Source: Eledone cirrhosa (taxonomy: Eukaryota). Taken from it: a stretch of DNA of 64,000 nt. Where the stretch lies: assembly GCA_964016885.1 (NCBI GenBank), contig OZ024759.1:13888001-13952000 (forward strand), read 5' to 3'. The translations under genes were made by a program, and so were the position numbers. Within the stretch, counting starts at the first letter, position 1, and each line of letters starts with the position of its first letter. The notes below the pieces were generated by a model. It was not told where the DNA came from and ran no database searches. It saw only the letters and a list, made by a program, of their open reading frames with translations. Positions 56,497 through 63,150 of this stretch are shown here, piece by piece.

Positions 56497-59400
56497 CATA
56501 TATATATATACAGTGGTATTTGGCACGTATGTATAAAGGAGGTATGACTTTATATATATGTATATATATATATACAATGGCATCAGCCAAGCCAAGAACA
56601 CAAGCACCATAATGTTGTAATGAGGTAGTAATTGTGCAACATTAAAATGCGCCCAACCCATTCATATGGCCCATCTCAATGGCCCACATGTTGCCAACCC
56701 CTGGACATAAGAACTTTCCTAAACCAATCAAGTATGGAAAATAGATGCAAAACAGTGATGATGATGATGAGGATATATCTCATATCACATATTAAAGATT
56801 AAAGGTTAAACTGCAGGTATATTATAAACAGCATATCACATATCAGAGATTAAAGGTTAAACTGTAATTATGTTATAAACAGCATATCACATATCAGAGA
56901 TTAAAGGTTAAACTGTAGGTATGTTATAAACAGCATGTCACATATCAGAGATTAAAGGTTAAACTGTAAGTATGCTATAAACAGCATATCACATATCAGA
57001 GATTAAAGGTTAAACTGTAGGTATGTTATAAACAGCATGTCACATATCAGATTAAAGGTTAAACTGTAAGTATGTTATAAAAAGCATGTCACATATCAGA
57101 GATTAAAGGTTAAACTGTAGGTATGTTAGAAATAGCATATCACATATCAGAGATCAAGGGTGAAACTATAAGTATATTATAAACAGCATATCACATATTA
57201 AAGGTACATATGTTATAAACAGCATATTACATATCAGAGATTAAAGGTTAAACTGTAAGTATGTCATAAACAGCATATTACAGAATTAGTTTTAGACTGT
57301 AAATATATTTAAAAAAATTATATCACATAATACATATCAGATAGCATATTATAAATGATGTATCACATATTACATAGCAGAGATAAAGCAAGTATATTAC
57401 AGATATCACATATTATATAGCATACCTTAAGAGTTAGACCATAAATATATTGCATAGCATAAGGGTTAGTGAATGACATTTAATGAAATATAGCATATAT
57501 AACAGAGCAACTACCATGTAGAATTGATTTCTACATTTACTACTTTATAAATAATATTGCTAGGACTGCCACCAGAGTTGTGAAAGGAGGATGCTACCTA
57601 GCTAGATTGAAAAACACATACCATTTATCTTTCTACCAGGGTCTTCACAATATGGAACCAGGAATAGAGGTAATTTATTTCTCTACCAAAGTGTTCACTA
57701 CAATACAAGGAACACAAACCATTTATCTGCCTACCAAAGTGTTCACTACAATATAAGGAACACAAACCATTTATCTGTCTACCAAAGTGTTCACTACAAT
57801 ACAAGGAACACAAACCATTTATCTGTCTACCAAAGTGTTCACTACAATATAGGGAACACAAACCATTTATCTGTCTACCAAAGTGTTCACTACAGTACAA
57901 GGAACACAAGCCATTTATCTATCTACCAAAGTGTTCACTACCATACAAGGAACACAAACTATTTATCTGTCTACCAAAGTGTTCACAATAAAGTGTAAAG
58001 GACATAGTTGGAAGTGTGTTACTCTACGGGTTGGAAGCATGGACACTTAATAAAACCCTTGAAAAGTCTTAATGGATGTTACACAAGACACCTGAGACAC
58101 GCTGTCAACATATCAGAGAGTCACAAATAGAGAACTCTATCTGGATAGTCCTCCTGTGTGGGATATTGTTCGTCTAAGAAGGATACATTTTGCGGGACAT
58201 TGTTACAGGGCAAAAAAAAGTGCATCAGCTGTGTTCTTTTATGGAAGCCTGTGCACGGTCATAAAAGTAGCGGCCGTGCCTGTGACAAAGTATCTGGATA
58301 TGGTATGTGTTGACACAGGAGGGAATTTAATAGTTCTTGGAGTAATAATGCTAGATCAAGACAAATGGAAAGAGTACTGTTCATTGAATTGAGGAAACTC
58401 AACTCGTGAGTGAGTGACAAAGAACACAAACCATTTATCTGTCTACCAAAATGTCCACAATATAAAACCAAGAAGACTGACCATTTATCTCTTTACCAAA
58501 GGCTTCACAGTACAGTACTAGGAGCAGAAAAATTGTTCATCTACCTACCGATAAACATAAAGGTTGCTATAAGCATTTTAAAGTCATTTTCCCTGCTAAA
58601 TCAGGCCCTATGACAGGTTTCAGGTTCAACCATGGGTACCTTTTTGAAGCAATGTTTTACAACCTGATGCTCTTCTTGGCACCCTTTTTGTCACCTCTTA
58701 CAACACCCACCTATTCTATACTGGACACAGCAATATTAAGTAAAGATCCAGTGTGATTATTTAACTACTTAGTGACAATATTTCCAATGAAATGTAACTC
58801 TACATGGTAGCCCTATCTTCTAGAAATGTAGCTTAATCTTCTAGAATGTAGGTCTATGTGCTAGCTCTATCTTCTAGAATGTAGCTCTACATGGTAGCTC
58901 TATCTTCTAGAAATGTAGCTCTACATGGTAGTTCTATCTTCTAGAAATGTAGCTCTACATGTTAGCTCTATCTTCCAGAAATGTAACTCTACATGTTAGC
59001 TCTATCGTCTAGAAATTTAGCTCTACATGTTAGCTCTATCTTCTAGAAATGTAGCTCTATATGGTAATTCTATCTTCTAGAAATTTGCCTCTACAATGGC
59101 AGCATTTTCACAGGAGAGAGGAAGAGGAAGAAAAAATTAACAAAATACTATATTACAAAAAAAAAAATTCTCTTTTTATTATTTCCATAAATATAAAATA
59201 CAAAATAAATTCCTTGCCTAAATTGGGAGGAAATTGGATTTACAAAATTTTTTTTTAAAAATAAAAAAAATGTCTATTTTTTCCTAAATCCCTACTAAGG
59301 TAAAGACTGATTTTATTCATAGAATAGAAAAATAAGTTGTTCATCTCTTTAAAGAGTTGCTGAGACTTTTCTAGCCTGCAAAAAGAAAACATGACTATAA

Positions 59401-62374
59401 AAGTTACGAATATCAAATTATTTACTAACTAGTAACATTCTGTAATGATTTAGTAGAAAATATCTAAAATCAGGTTTGTGAATTTAAATGTTTATAGTAT
59501 CTTTACTAGTAGACAGATTGCTGTGAAAATGTTCAATATTAGAATAAAGACTTTCATATTTAATGTGATGTAGTCATAGTGCTGTTTTGTACTTTTCAAG
59601 AATGTCTTGCTAATGTGGTTTTTTGTGGAACAGGAAGTTAAGAGTAAATTTAAATGTTGGTGTCAGGTCACTCATGACTTTCAACAAAATGAAATAAAGA
59701 AGACTGTTCAGTCACATCAACGACATGACAACTTCTCTAGATCTGGTGCCATCATAAAATGCACTCTGTAAAGTGGTTGACATTAAGGGCATTCAGTTGT
59801 AGAAACCATGTCAGAGAAAAAGGGGATTGAGAGGAATCTTCAGTCAGGTTGAAGACATAAAAACTTCAGTTCCTTAGGTAACTTTCTGTGAGATAGGTGA
59901 CATTTGCAGCAGTAGAAGTGGCTGTTGCAAAAAAACAAATATTGTAGCCAGAGTGTAAGGACAGGGTAGAAGGAGTTTAGGAAACTATTATTCCTGTTTT
60001 CCTCTCCAAGTGAAGGGTGCTTGTATGCAATAGTGCAACAGTGCATAATAGTTAAAAATGGTCATTGAATGCAGCAGGCATGTGGTGCATACTTCAATAT
60101 ACATGGTGGTGGTGGTGGTGGTGATGTTGGTGGCAGTGGAGATGGTGTAGTGGTGATGGTAGTGATGGTGGTGGTAGTGATAGTAGTGGTGGTGATGGTG
60201 ACGGTGGTTGTGATGGTGGTGGTGGTGATGGTGATGGTGGAGGTGGAGATGGTGGTGATGGCGGTAATGAAGATGGTGGTGGTGATGGTAGTGATGATGA
60301 TGGTGGTGGTGATGATGATGAAAGTGTGGTGGTGATGATGGTGGTAATGATGATGATGGTGATGATGGTGATGGGGGCAGGAGATTTTTTTTCCAATGCC
60401 TGCTTTGATATAAAAGAAAAAGAAATTATGTGACCGAGAATTAGTAACACACCAAGACACACTAATAACAATGTTAAATACATATATATATACACAAATA
60501 CATACATATACATATATAAAGACTTCTATGCTGATGATCTGGTATTTATAGCAGAAACAGTAGAGGAGTTAGAGAATAAATTCCGGCTGTGGAAACAGCA
60601 GCTGGAAGACAGAGTGTACCTAGCAAAGATTAAAGTGTTGATAAGTAAAAAAGAGGACAAGACTCTGATTCCATCAGGGAAATGGCCATGTTTGATATGT
60701 AGAAAAGGAGTTGGCATAAATTCTATAAAATGTACACAATGCAGATCTTGGATACACAAGAGGTTTAGAGAGATAGCAGGCAAACTAACATGAAAGGAAA
60801 ACTTCATATGTAGCAGATGTTCAGGGAAAATTGATAGTAAAAGTGTCAGTGATAGGCACATATTCCATATGCTGGTAGGATTTATAGAGGTGGTTGATAG
60901 CTTCCGTTATCTAGGTGATCAGATTAGTTAGGGAGTAGGATGCTCCAAGGCCATAGTATCTAGAATAAGGACAGGATGGGAGAAGTTTAGGAAGCTGCTT
61001 CCTTGTTGAGAACGAAGGGTTTCTCCCTACGAATCTAAGGTCAGTTGTATTATGCTTGTGTGAGATGCGTGATGTTGCATGGTAGTGAGACATGGGCAGC
61101 AACTGTGGAGGATATGCGACATCTGGAGACAAATGAAGCAAGCATGCTCTGATGGATGTGCAATGTCAATGTGTGTGAACGACTAAGCATGGACAGGTTG
61201 AGAGAAAAATTGTTTATAAGAGGAATAAACTGTAGTGTGCAGGAGAGAAGACTGCATTGGTATGGACATGTGATGCGCATGGAGGATGACCACTGGGTGA
61301 AGAAGTGCCAAGAAATCCTGGTGGAAGGAAGACACAGTAGAGGAAGACTACGAAAAACATGGGTGGAGGTGGTGTGAGCTGACCTCAGATTGCTGAAGCT
61401 CCGAGAAGAGATGATGAAGGACAGTGACGAATGGAGAGATGATGTGCTGAAGAGGACCCGTCCCACCCTTGCAAGCAGGGAAAAGCGGATGTAAAATAGT
61501 GATGATGATATATAGGTTGAGAAAACACCAGTTGTATCTACAGTACAACAACCCCTCTAGTGATGGTGAGCTACATGATAAACACACCCACTACACATTG
61601 TAATGTGGTTGGTGATAGGAAGGGCATCCAGCTATAGAAGGCTTGCCAAACAAAGGGTTGGGAGGACCTTTCAGTCATTTCAAAGACATCACAACCTCTC
61701 TTGTGCACTTGGTAGAACACCAACATGCTGACCCTAGGCCTGACTGGGAGGTCAGTAGTCTCTCTTCAGTATTGACTTGGTCTTTGAAAACCTGTCCAAC
61801 CCTTGCTAGCAGAGATAGCAGACATTAAATGATGATATGTATAAAGTCTTAAGTCTTTCCTAATCCAAGAGACTCATTCGACCAATGCTTATCCCTGTTT
61901 CTGTAGTGACTGAGAGCACAAGACTCCCCCCTGGAGAGGATGCCAGTCCATCATAGGTTAAAACCCCCACATACTTGCTGGTATTCATTTACAACTGAGT
62001 ATACGATAGCAATGTGAAATGAAGTGTTTTGCTCAAGAACACAACACTTAACCCAGTCCAAGAATCAAACCCATGACATTATGATCATAAGTGAAACACC
62101 CTAACCACTAGAACACACACCTTCAAATATATATATATATATATATATTGTTATGCTTTGGGAGGGTCATGCTGCCAATAAAAACACACGCACCTGTTGG
62201 ATTTCACTTCAATTTATTATAAATTTCCGGTTGGTTGGTTGGTTCGATAACCAGATGGTTGTTTATATATTGTCAAAGCTCTTTCGTCACACATTCTGTG
62301 ACCTCCTCAGTGACTAGGTTTTTATTTTCTGTCTCTCCTTTGTTCTGTCCTACACCATCTTGATTTTGTGTGTG

Positions 62375-62444
<70 letters not shown>

Positions 62445-62697
62445 GAGAGAGAGAGAGTAGGAGAGAGAGAGAGAAAGATCTAGAGAGATAGATATGTAAA
62501 AAGCACTAATCACGAGATGATACTGGGATTACTCAGATTCCATTAGGCAAGATATATCTTTGCACATCAATTTATCAAAACAGAATAGATAGATATGTAT
62601 GTATGTATGTTTGTATATGCACACAACAGCCCATGTAGAAAAAAAATATATGACTTACCAATACATATTTCCACACATGGTTCTTCTCCAGAAAGAT
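7088..62697 (-). CDS. INPP4A: Inositol polyphosphate 4-phosphatase (INPP4A/B-like), partial multi-exon gene (17 exons in window, ~745 aa; both ends outside window)
   Basis: Exons joined by hand give one open frame with consistent phases and GT-AG sites. Motifs recalled from INPP4: NPFV..T.TPPQQSW...HTEIIE (C2), [73 protein letters not shown]. The CKSAKDRT catalytic motif was not found in the window. A vs B assignment cannot be resolved (probably a single invertebrate ortholog). Confidence 0.92.
7834..7974 (-). CDS. INPP4A: INPP4 exon (141 nt, 2->2): [46 protein letters not shown]
   Basis: tctgttgcag / AAA|gtaaga; similar to FDALPREIQSG...LFNVGINEQQTLAE. Confidence 0.95.
8580..9065. mobile_element. 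Palindromic Penelope-like terminal-repeat remnant (foldback)
   Basis: 8640-8860 and 8870-9063 are inverted copies; further copies at 20570-21000 and 62150-62365; contains a hammerhead-like core. Confidence 0.6.
8761..8803 (-). ncRNA. Hammerhead ribozyme-like motif
   Basis: UCA-CUGAGGA-G-GUCACA(GAAUG)UGUGAC-GAA-AGCGCU-U-UGA; sister copy at 62272-62314. Confidence 0.5.
10400..11220. mobile_element. Tail-to-tail inverted pair of SINE/LINE-tail elements (10400-10755 +, 10820-11220 -)
   Basis: Shared GCACCCAGC...GGAAGGGCATCCAGCTGTAGAAATC...ACCCATGCTAGCGTGGAAGAAT plus (GAT)n tails in opposite orientation. Confidence 0.8.
11568..11915 (+). mobile_element. Full-length tRNA-derived SINE family 1
   Basis: A-box TGGCTTAGTGG, B-box GAGTTCAATTC, tail CCCGTCCCACCCTTGCAAGCAGGGAAAAGCGGACGTAAAA(TGA)n. 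Confidence 0.85.
11996..13336. mobile_element. Probable hAT-type MITE enclosing a minisatellite
   Basis: Imperfect TIRs CAGGAGTGTCAAA / TTTGAGACTCTTG (11/13); no clear TSD. Confidence 0.45.
12206..13320. repeat. 39-bp minisatellite, ~28 copies
   Basis: Unit CTCAACCACAGAACATATGACCTTTTTGAGTCACTGTAT. Confidence 0.95.
13851..13886 (-). CDS. INPP4A: INPP4 small exon (36 nt, 2->2): (D)[11 protein letters not shown](R)
   Basis: Long poly-pyrimidine tract ttttcttctag, strong TAG|gtgagt donor; frame-preserving. Confidence 0.75.
14453..14730 (+). mobile_element. RTE-like LINE 3' fragment
   Basis: Homologous to the 3' end at 53900-54210; other fragments at 24735-24985 and 52050-52235. Confidence 0.6.
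14839..15083 (-). CDS. INPP4A: INPP4 exon (245 nt, 0->2): [12 protein letters not shown]...[30 protein letters not shown]...LQLT
   Basis: gctgttttcag / CGA|gttagt; strong similarity to [30 protein letters not shown]. Confidence 0.95.
15115..17175. repeat. Degenerate (ATC/ACC/AAC)n trinucleotide-derived array with higher-order units
   Basis: Direct observation; interrupted by a SINE. Confidence 0.9.
15621..15958 (-). mobile_element. Full-length SINE family 1
   Basis: Near-identical reverse complement of 11568-11915. Confidence 0.85.
17192..17260 (-). CDS. INPP4A: INPP4 exon (69 nt, 0->0): [23 protein letters not shown]
   Basis: ttattttgcag / GCA|gtgagt; similar to LQYRRDVVFCQT. Confidence 0.93.
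17397..17863 (+). mobile_element. Non-autonomous Helitron
   Basis: 5' TCTAAACTATAATAAAG; 3' hairpin GAAAACCACC-CGAAA-GGTGGTTTT then CTAG|T; second copy at 43113-43675. Confidence 0.7.
18640..18959 (-). mobile_element. Possible Helitron 5'-end fragment
   Basis: A|TCTATATATATATAAAG start followed by (GTTT/CTGT)n on the minus strand; a similar fragment lies at ~1975-2160. Confidence 0.3.
19082..19279 (-). CDS. INPP4A: INPP4 exon (198 nt, 0->0): [14 protein letters not shown]...[10 protein letters not shown]...[12 protein letters not shown]
   Basis: cctaatggcag / CTG|gtatgt; similar to EWSEALYPL...KAKKAMVFLLM. Confidence 0.9.
19957..20235 (-). CDS. INPP4A: INPP4 exon (279 nt, 0->0): [11 protein letters not shown]...RSPTMEPW (S/T/N-rich linker)
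   Basis: catttcacag / TGG|gtacgt; open frame, phase fits. Confidence 0.88.
22125..22402 (-). CDS. INPP4A: INPP4 exon (278 nt, 1->0): [24 protein letters not shown]...EQLNLQ
   Basis: ctatttccag / CAG|gtgaat; similar to [21 protein letters not shown]. Confidence 0.93.
22713..22820 (-). CDS. INPP4A: INPP4 exon (108 nt, 1->1): [35 protein letters not shown]
   Basis: ttattctag / CAG|gtgagt; strong similarity to [25 protein letters not shown]. Confidence 0.95.
23826..23860 (-). ncRNA. Minimal hammerhead ribozyme-like motif
   Basis: CUGAUGA-A-GGAC(UUGU)GUCU-GAAACGUA; related copies at 20409-20444 and ~25724-25757 (mutated). Confidence 0.5.
25173..25272 (-). CDS. Weak candidate third alternative exon (100 nt, 0->1): [33 protein letters not shown]
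   Basis: tactttgcag acceptor, AGG|gtacac donor, open frame and matching phase; similarity to the other two variants is marginal. Confidence 0.25.
26823..27714 (+). mobile_element. Tc1/mariner maT (DD37D) element, internally deleted, inactive
   Basis: TA|CAGGGTGTGGACGATATTTGTTCGCAA ... TTGCGAACAAATATCGTCCGCACCCTG|TA; WQQDSAPYH...[12 protein letters not shown] with 37 residues between the Ds; in-frame stops. Confidence 0.9.
27757..28083 (-). mobile_element. SINE family 1 copy
   Basis: Homologous to 11568-11915. Confidence 0.8.
28630..29360. repeat. Compound (GT/TA)n microsatellite
   Basis: Direct observation. Confidence 0.9.
29383..29491 (-). CDS. INPP4A: INPP4 exon (109 nt, 0->1): [36 protein letters not shown]
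   Basis: cctttatctcag / AAG|gtgaat; occupies the position of INPP4A LSPCWESLRRQIV...TYQENLTDL; phase fits. Confidence 0.82.
29560..30200. repeat. Degenerate (CAC/CAT)n array
   Basis: Direct observation. Confidence 0.9.
30360..30730. mobile_element. piggyBac-like MITE with nested SINE family 2
   Basis: TTAA|CCCTTTAGCATT...AATGCTAAAGGG|TTAA; SINE at ~30375-30565. Confidence 0.7.
31581..34085. mobile_element. hAT (Charlie-like) non-autonomous element with internal satellite
   Basis: TIRs CAGAGGTTCTCAAA / TTTGAGAACCTCCG; perfect 8-bp TSD GTCTAAGA at 31573-31580 and 34086-34093. Confidence 0.88.
31680..33950. repeat. AT-rich satellite, ~79-84 bp unit, ~28 copies
   Basis: Unit begins TATTAAATATCAAATGATACATATTATATATAAATATAGTAAAATAAAAT. 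Confidence 0.95.
34945..34999 (-). ncRNA. Type I hammerhead ribozyme (canonical core)
   Basis: ACUGC-CUGAAGA-GGUCACAGUCA(AAGA)UGGCUGUCACC-GAA-AUAUAUAU-A-GCAGU: stem I 5 bp, stem II 10/11 bp with G10.1-C11.1, palindromic stem III, AUA cleavage triplet. Confidence 0.7.
35646..36025 (+). mobile_element. Dong/R4-clade retrotransposon 3' fragment
   Basis: Diverged copy of 44770-45150; flanked by (TAA)n. Confidence 0.75.
36552..37125. repeat. 92-bp tandem repeat, ~6 copies
   Basis: AGGGAATGTTGGTGCTGCCCCC recurs at 36559, 36651, 36743 ... Confidence 0.95.
37340..38000. repeat. 76-bp tandem repeat with alternating A/B variants, ~8-9 copies
   Basis: GAGCATCACTTGATATGTCAG recurs at 37391, 37467, 37543 ... 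Confidence 0.95.
38187..38452. mobile_element. piggyBac-like MITE
   Basis: TTAA|CCCTTTAGCATT...AATGTTAAAGGG|TTAA; homologous to 1395-1614. Confidence 0.75.
39521..39644 (-). CDS. INPP4A: Candidate alternative (mutually exclusive) INPP4 exon (124 nt, 0->1): [41 protein letters not shown]
   Basis: taatttttcag acceptor, CAG|gtgcac donor; same phases as exon 29383-29491 and aligns to it without gaps (L1, Q10, S19, Y23, T24, L30, G37). Confidence 0.6.
40870..40920 (-). ncRNA. Type I hammerhead ribozyme-like motif
   Basis: GGCUUC-CUGAUGA-UUUCUCUCAAAU-GAA-ACAG(UUCUAGUC)CUGU-A-GAAGCC: perfect 6-bp stem I, 4-bp stem III, GUA triplet, weak stem II. Confidence 0.55.
41633..42140. repeat. 19-20 bp minisatellite
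   Basis: Unit GGTTGTGAGACTGTATGGT. Confidence 0.95.
42402..42459 (-). CDS. INPP4A: INPP4 exon (58 nt, 2->0): [19 protein letters not shown]
   Basis: atctttccag / GAG|gtaatt; similar to KLLLEEDAARVCELEELGE. Confidence 0.9.
43113..43675 (-). mobile_element. Non-autonomous Helitron (second copy, with ~80-bp insertion)
   Basis: A|TCTAAACTATAATAAAG ... hairpin-CTAG|T on the minus strand; homologous to 17397-17863. Confidence 0.72.
44154..44335 (-). CDS. INPP4A: INPP4 exon (182 nt, 0->2): [10 protein letters not shown]...[32 protein letters not shown]
   Basis: ttatttgcag / ACT|gtaagt; similar to YRFPT...ILEQMAESVLSLHVPRQF. Confidence 0.9.
44410..45150 (+). mobile_element. Dong/R4-clade non-LTR retrotransposon, 5'-truncated (CCHC finger and REL endonuclease)
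   Basis: ORF 44419-45072: [34 protein letters not shown]...DVACP...K..RY; embedded in (TAA)n on both sides. Confidence 0.88.
46285..46885. repeat. 39-bp minisatellite, ~15 copies
   Basis: Unit GAGTTCCTCAGGTGGTTTAATGATAGGGAGCCCTATTGG. Confidence 0.95.
47038..47122 (-). CDS. INPP4A: INPP4 exon (85 nt, 2->0): [28 protein letters not shown]
   Basis: ttcttctctag / AGG|gtattt; similar to SAESDRVGNITVIGWQMEE; phase fits both neighbours. Confidence 0.85.
47745..48110 (+). mobile_element. Degenerate LINE 3' fragment
   Basis: Broken frame W.CL..RSG.G.AKANL.KWGY...C...[10 protein letters not shown], resembling LINE C-terminal CCHC regions. Confidence 0.4.
48320..48560. repeat. 28-bp minisatellite
   Basis: Unit TTCACAACAATAAATATAACATGTGGTG. 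Confidence 0.9.
49443..49522 (-). CDS. INPP4A: INPP4 exon (80 nt, 0->2): [26 protein letters not shown]
   Basis: ccattccag / AAT|gtaagt; similar to [26 protein letters not shown]. Confidence 0.88.
49999..50109 (-). CDS. INPP4A: INPP4 exon (111 nt, 0->0), C2 domain: [37 protein letters not shown]
   Basis: ctcctccacag / ACT|gtaagt; similar to NNPIFLSSIAF...TQVKLSVYDV. Confidence 0.9.
50539..50657 (-). CDS. INPP4A: INPP4 exon (119 nt, 1->0), C2 domain: [39 protein letters not shown]
   Basis: ttttctatctccag / GAG|gtagct; similar to INPP4A [28 protein letters not shown]. Confidence 0.92.
51075..51510 (-). mobile_element. SINE/LINE-tail element with internal 48-bp tandem expansion
   Basis: SINE tail motif followed by ~6 copies of CCACTTTACAGTGTGGTCTGGGTGCTTTTTGTCCTGACACCTACACAA. 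Confidence 0.7.
52240..53280 (+). mobile_element. Mariner (DD34D-type) relic, 5'-truncated
   Basis: Degenerate (W)[33 protein letters not shown]; right end CCTATGAACTTTTCAGCTGACCTTTG|TA. Confidence 0.8.
53380..53893. repeat. ~54-bp minisatellite
   Basis: Unit GAGGTGTGACTTTATACACAAATATATACACAGTAATTTCTATCATATATGTAT. Confidence 0.92.
53894..55940 (-). mobile_element. RTE-like LINE insertion with inverted 5' segment
   Basis: 53894-54590 (-) encodes RT C-terminus and 3' end ([13 protein letters not shown]...QAAEM); 54600-55930 (+) encodes endonuclease end and RT N-terminus (DEQCGF...FVDLKKAY). Confidence 0.75.
56780..57290. repeat. 51-bp minisatellite
   Basis: Unit CATATCAGAGATTAAAGGTTAAACTGTAAGTATGTTATAAACAGCATATCA. 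Confidence 0.9.
57620..57990. repeat. 48-bp minisatellite
   Basis: Unit CCATTTATCTGTCTACCAAAGTGTTCACTACAATACAAGGAACACAAA; resumes after ~58415. Confidence 0.9.
57995..58415 (+). mobile_element. RTE-like LINE 3' fragment inserted in the 48-bp array
   Basis: [34 protein letters not shown] motifs; short (GAGT)n tail. Confidence 0.6.
58790..59095. repeat. 34-bp minisatellite
   Basis: Unit GTAGCTCTACATGGTAGCTCTATCTTCTAGAAAT. Confidence 0.9.
60520..61510 (+). mobile_element. RTE-like LINE, 5'-truncated, with Cys-rich (PHD-like) insert
   Basis: [59 protein letters not shown]; (GAT)n tail. Confidence 0.82.
61860..62125 (-). mobile_element. tRNA-derived SINE (diverged)
   Basis: Head TAGTGGTTAGGGTG...GGTTTGATTC and body related to family 1. 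Confidence 0.55.
62272..62314 (-). ncRNA. Hammerhead ribozyme-like motif
   Basis: GUCA-CUGAGGA-G-GUCACA..UGUGAC-GAA-AGAGCU-U-UGAC; 4-bp stem I. Confidence 0.45.
62659..62697 (-). CDS. INPP4A: INPP4 exon (39 nt, phase 1->1): (D)[12 protein letters not shown]
   Basis: ttatttttgcag acceptor, G|gtaagt donor; resembles INPP4A DPDEPILEFSL preceding the C2 domain. Confidence 0.8.
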
Positions 62698-62739
62698 CTG
62701 CAAAAATAAAAGAAAACAATATATATATGTATGTATGTA

Positions 62740-62770
<31 letters not shown>

Positions 62771-62773
62771 GTC

Positions 62774-63150
62774 AGGTCGCTCTCGAATGTTACTGGTAAC
62801 ATGTAACCCAGTACAACCTGTCTCATGGTTGGGTCGTCGGCAACTAAACCAGCAACCTCACCAAGCTTGCTTGGTGAGGAGGGTGATATTTGGACACCCT
62901 GCAGGATAAAATACAAGACCTGGCAAAGGGCGGAGGAACTCAGCAGAGTCAACGGCCATCCAAATAGTACTTTTTTCCCCCCACCTGGGAGTGAAAGCCC
63001 CCCACCCAGTTGTTGTCATAACACCTTTCTAAGAGAGGGAAACTCTGAAAAAAAAACTGCGGCTTCGGAAGCATCCAATGATGTTGACAAGTTCTCCTTT
63101 TCGGGTAGTGTTTTCGATGCTCAGAGAATGGGATTGGTCGAGTGGAGGGT
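62774..63150 (+). mobile_element. Dispersed repeat, possibly a LINE 5' region
   Basis: Start is homologous to 31360-31510 (CCAGTACAACCTG...GGCAACTA...GCAACCTC). Confidence 0.4.
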
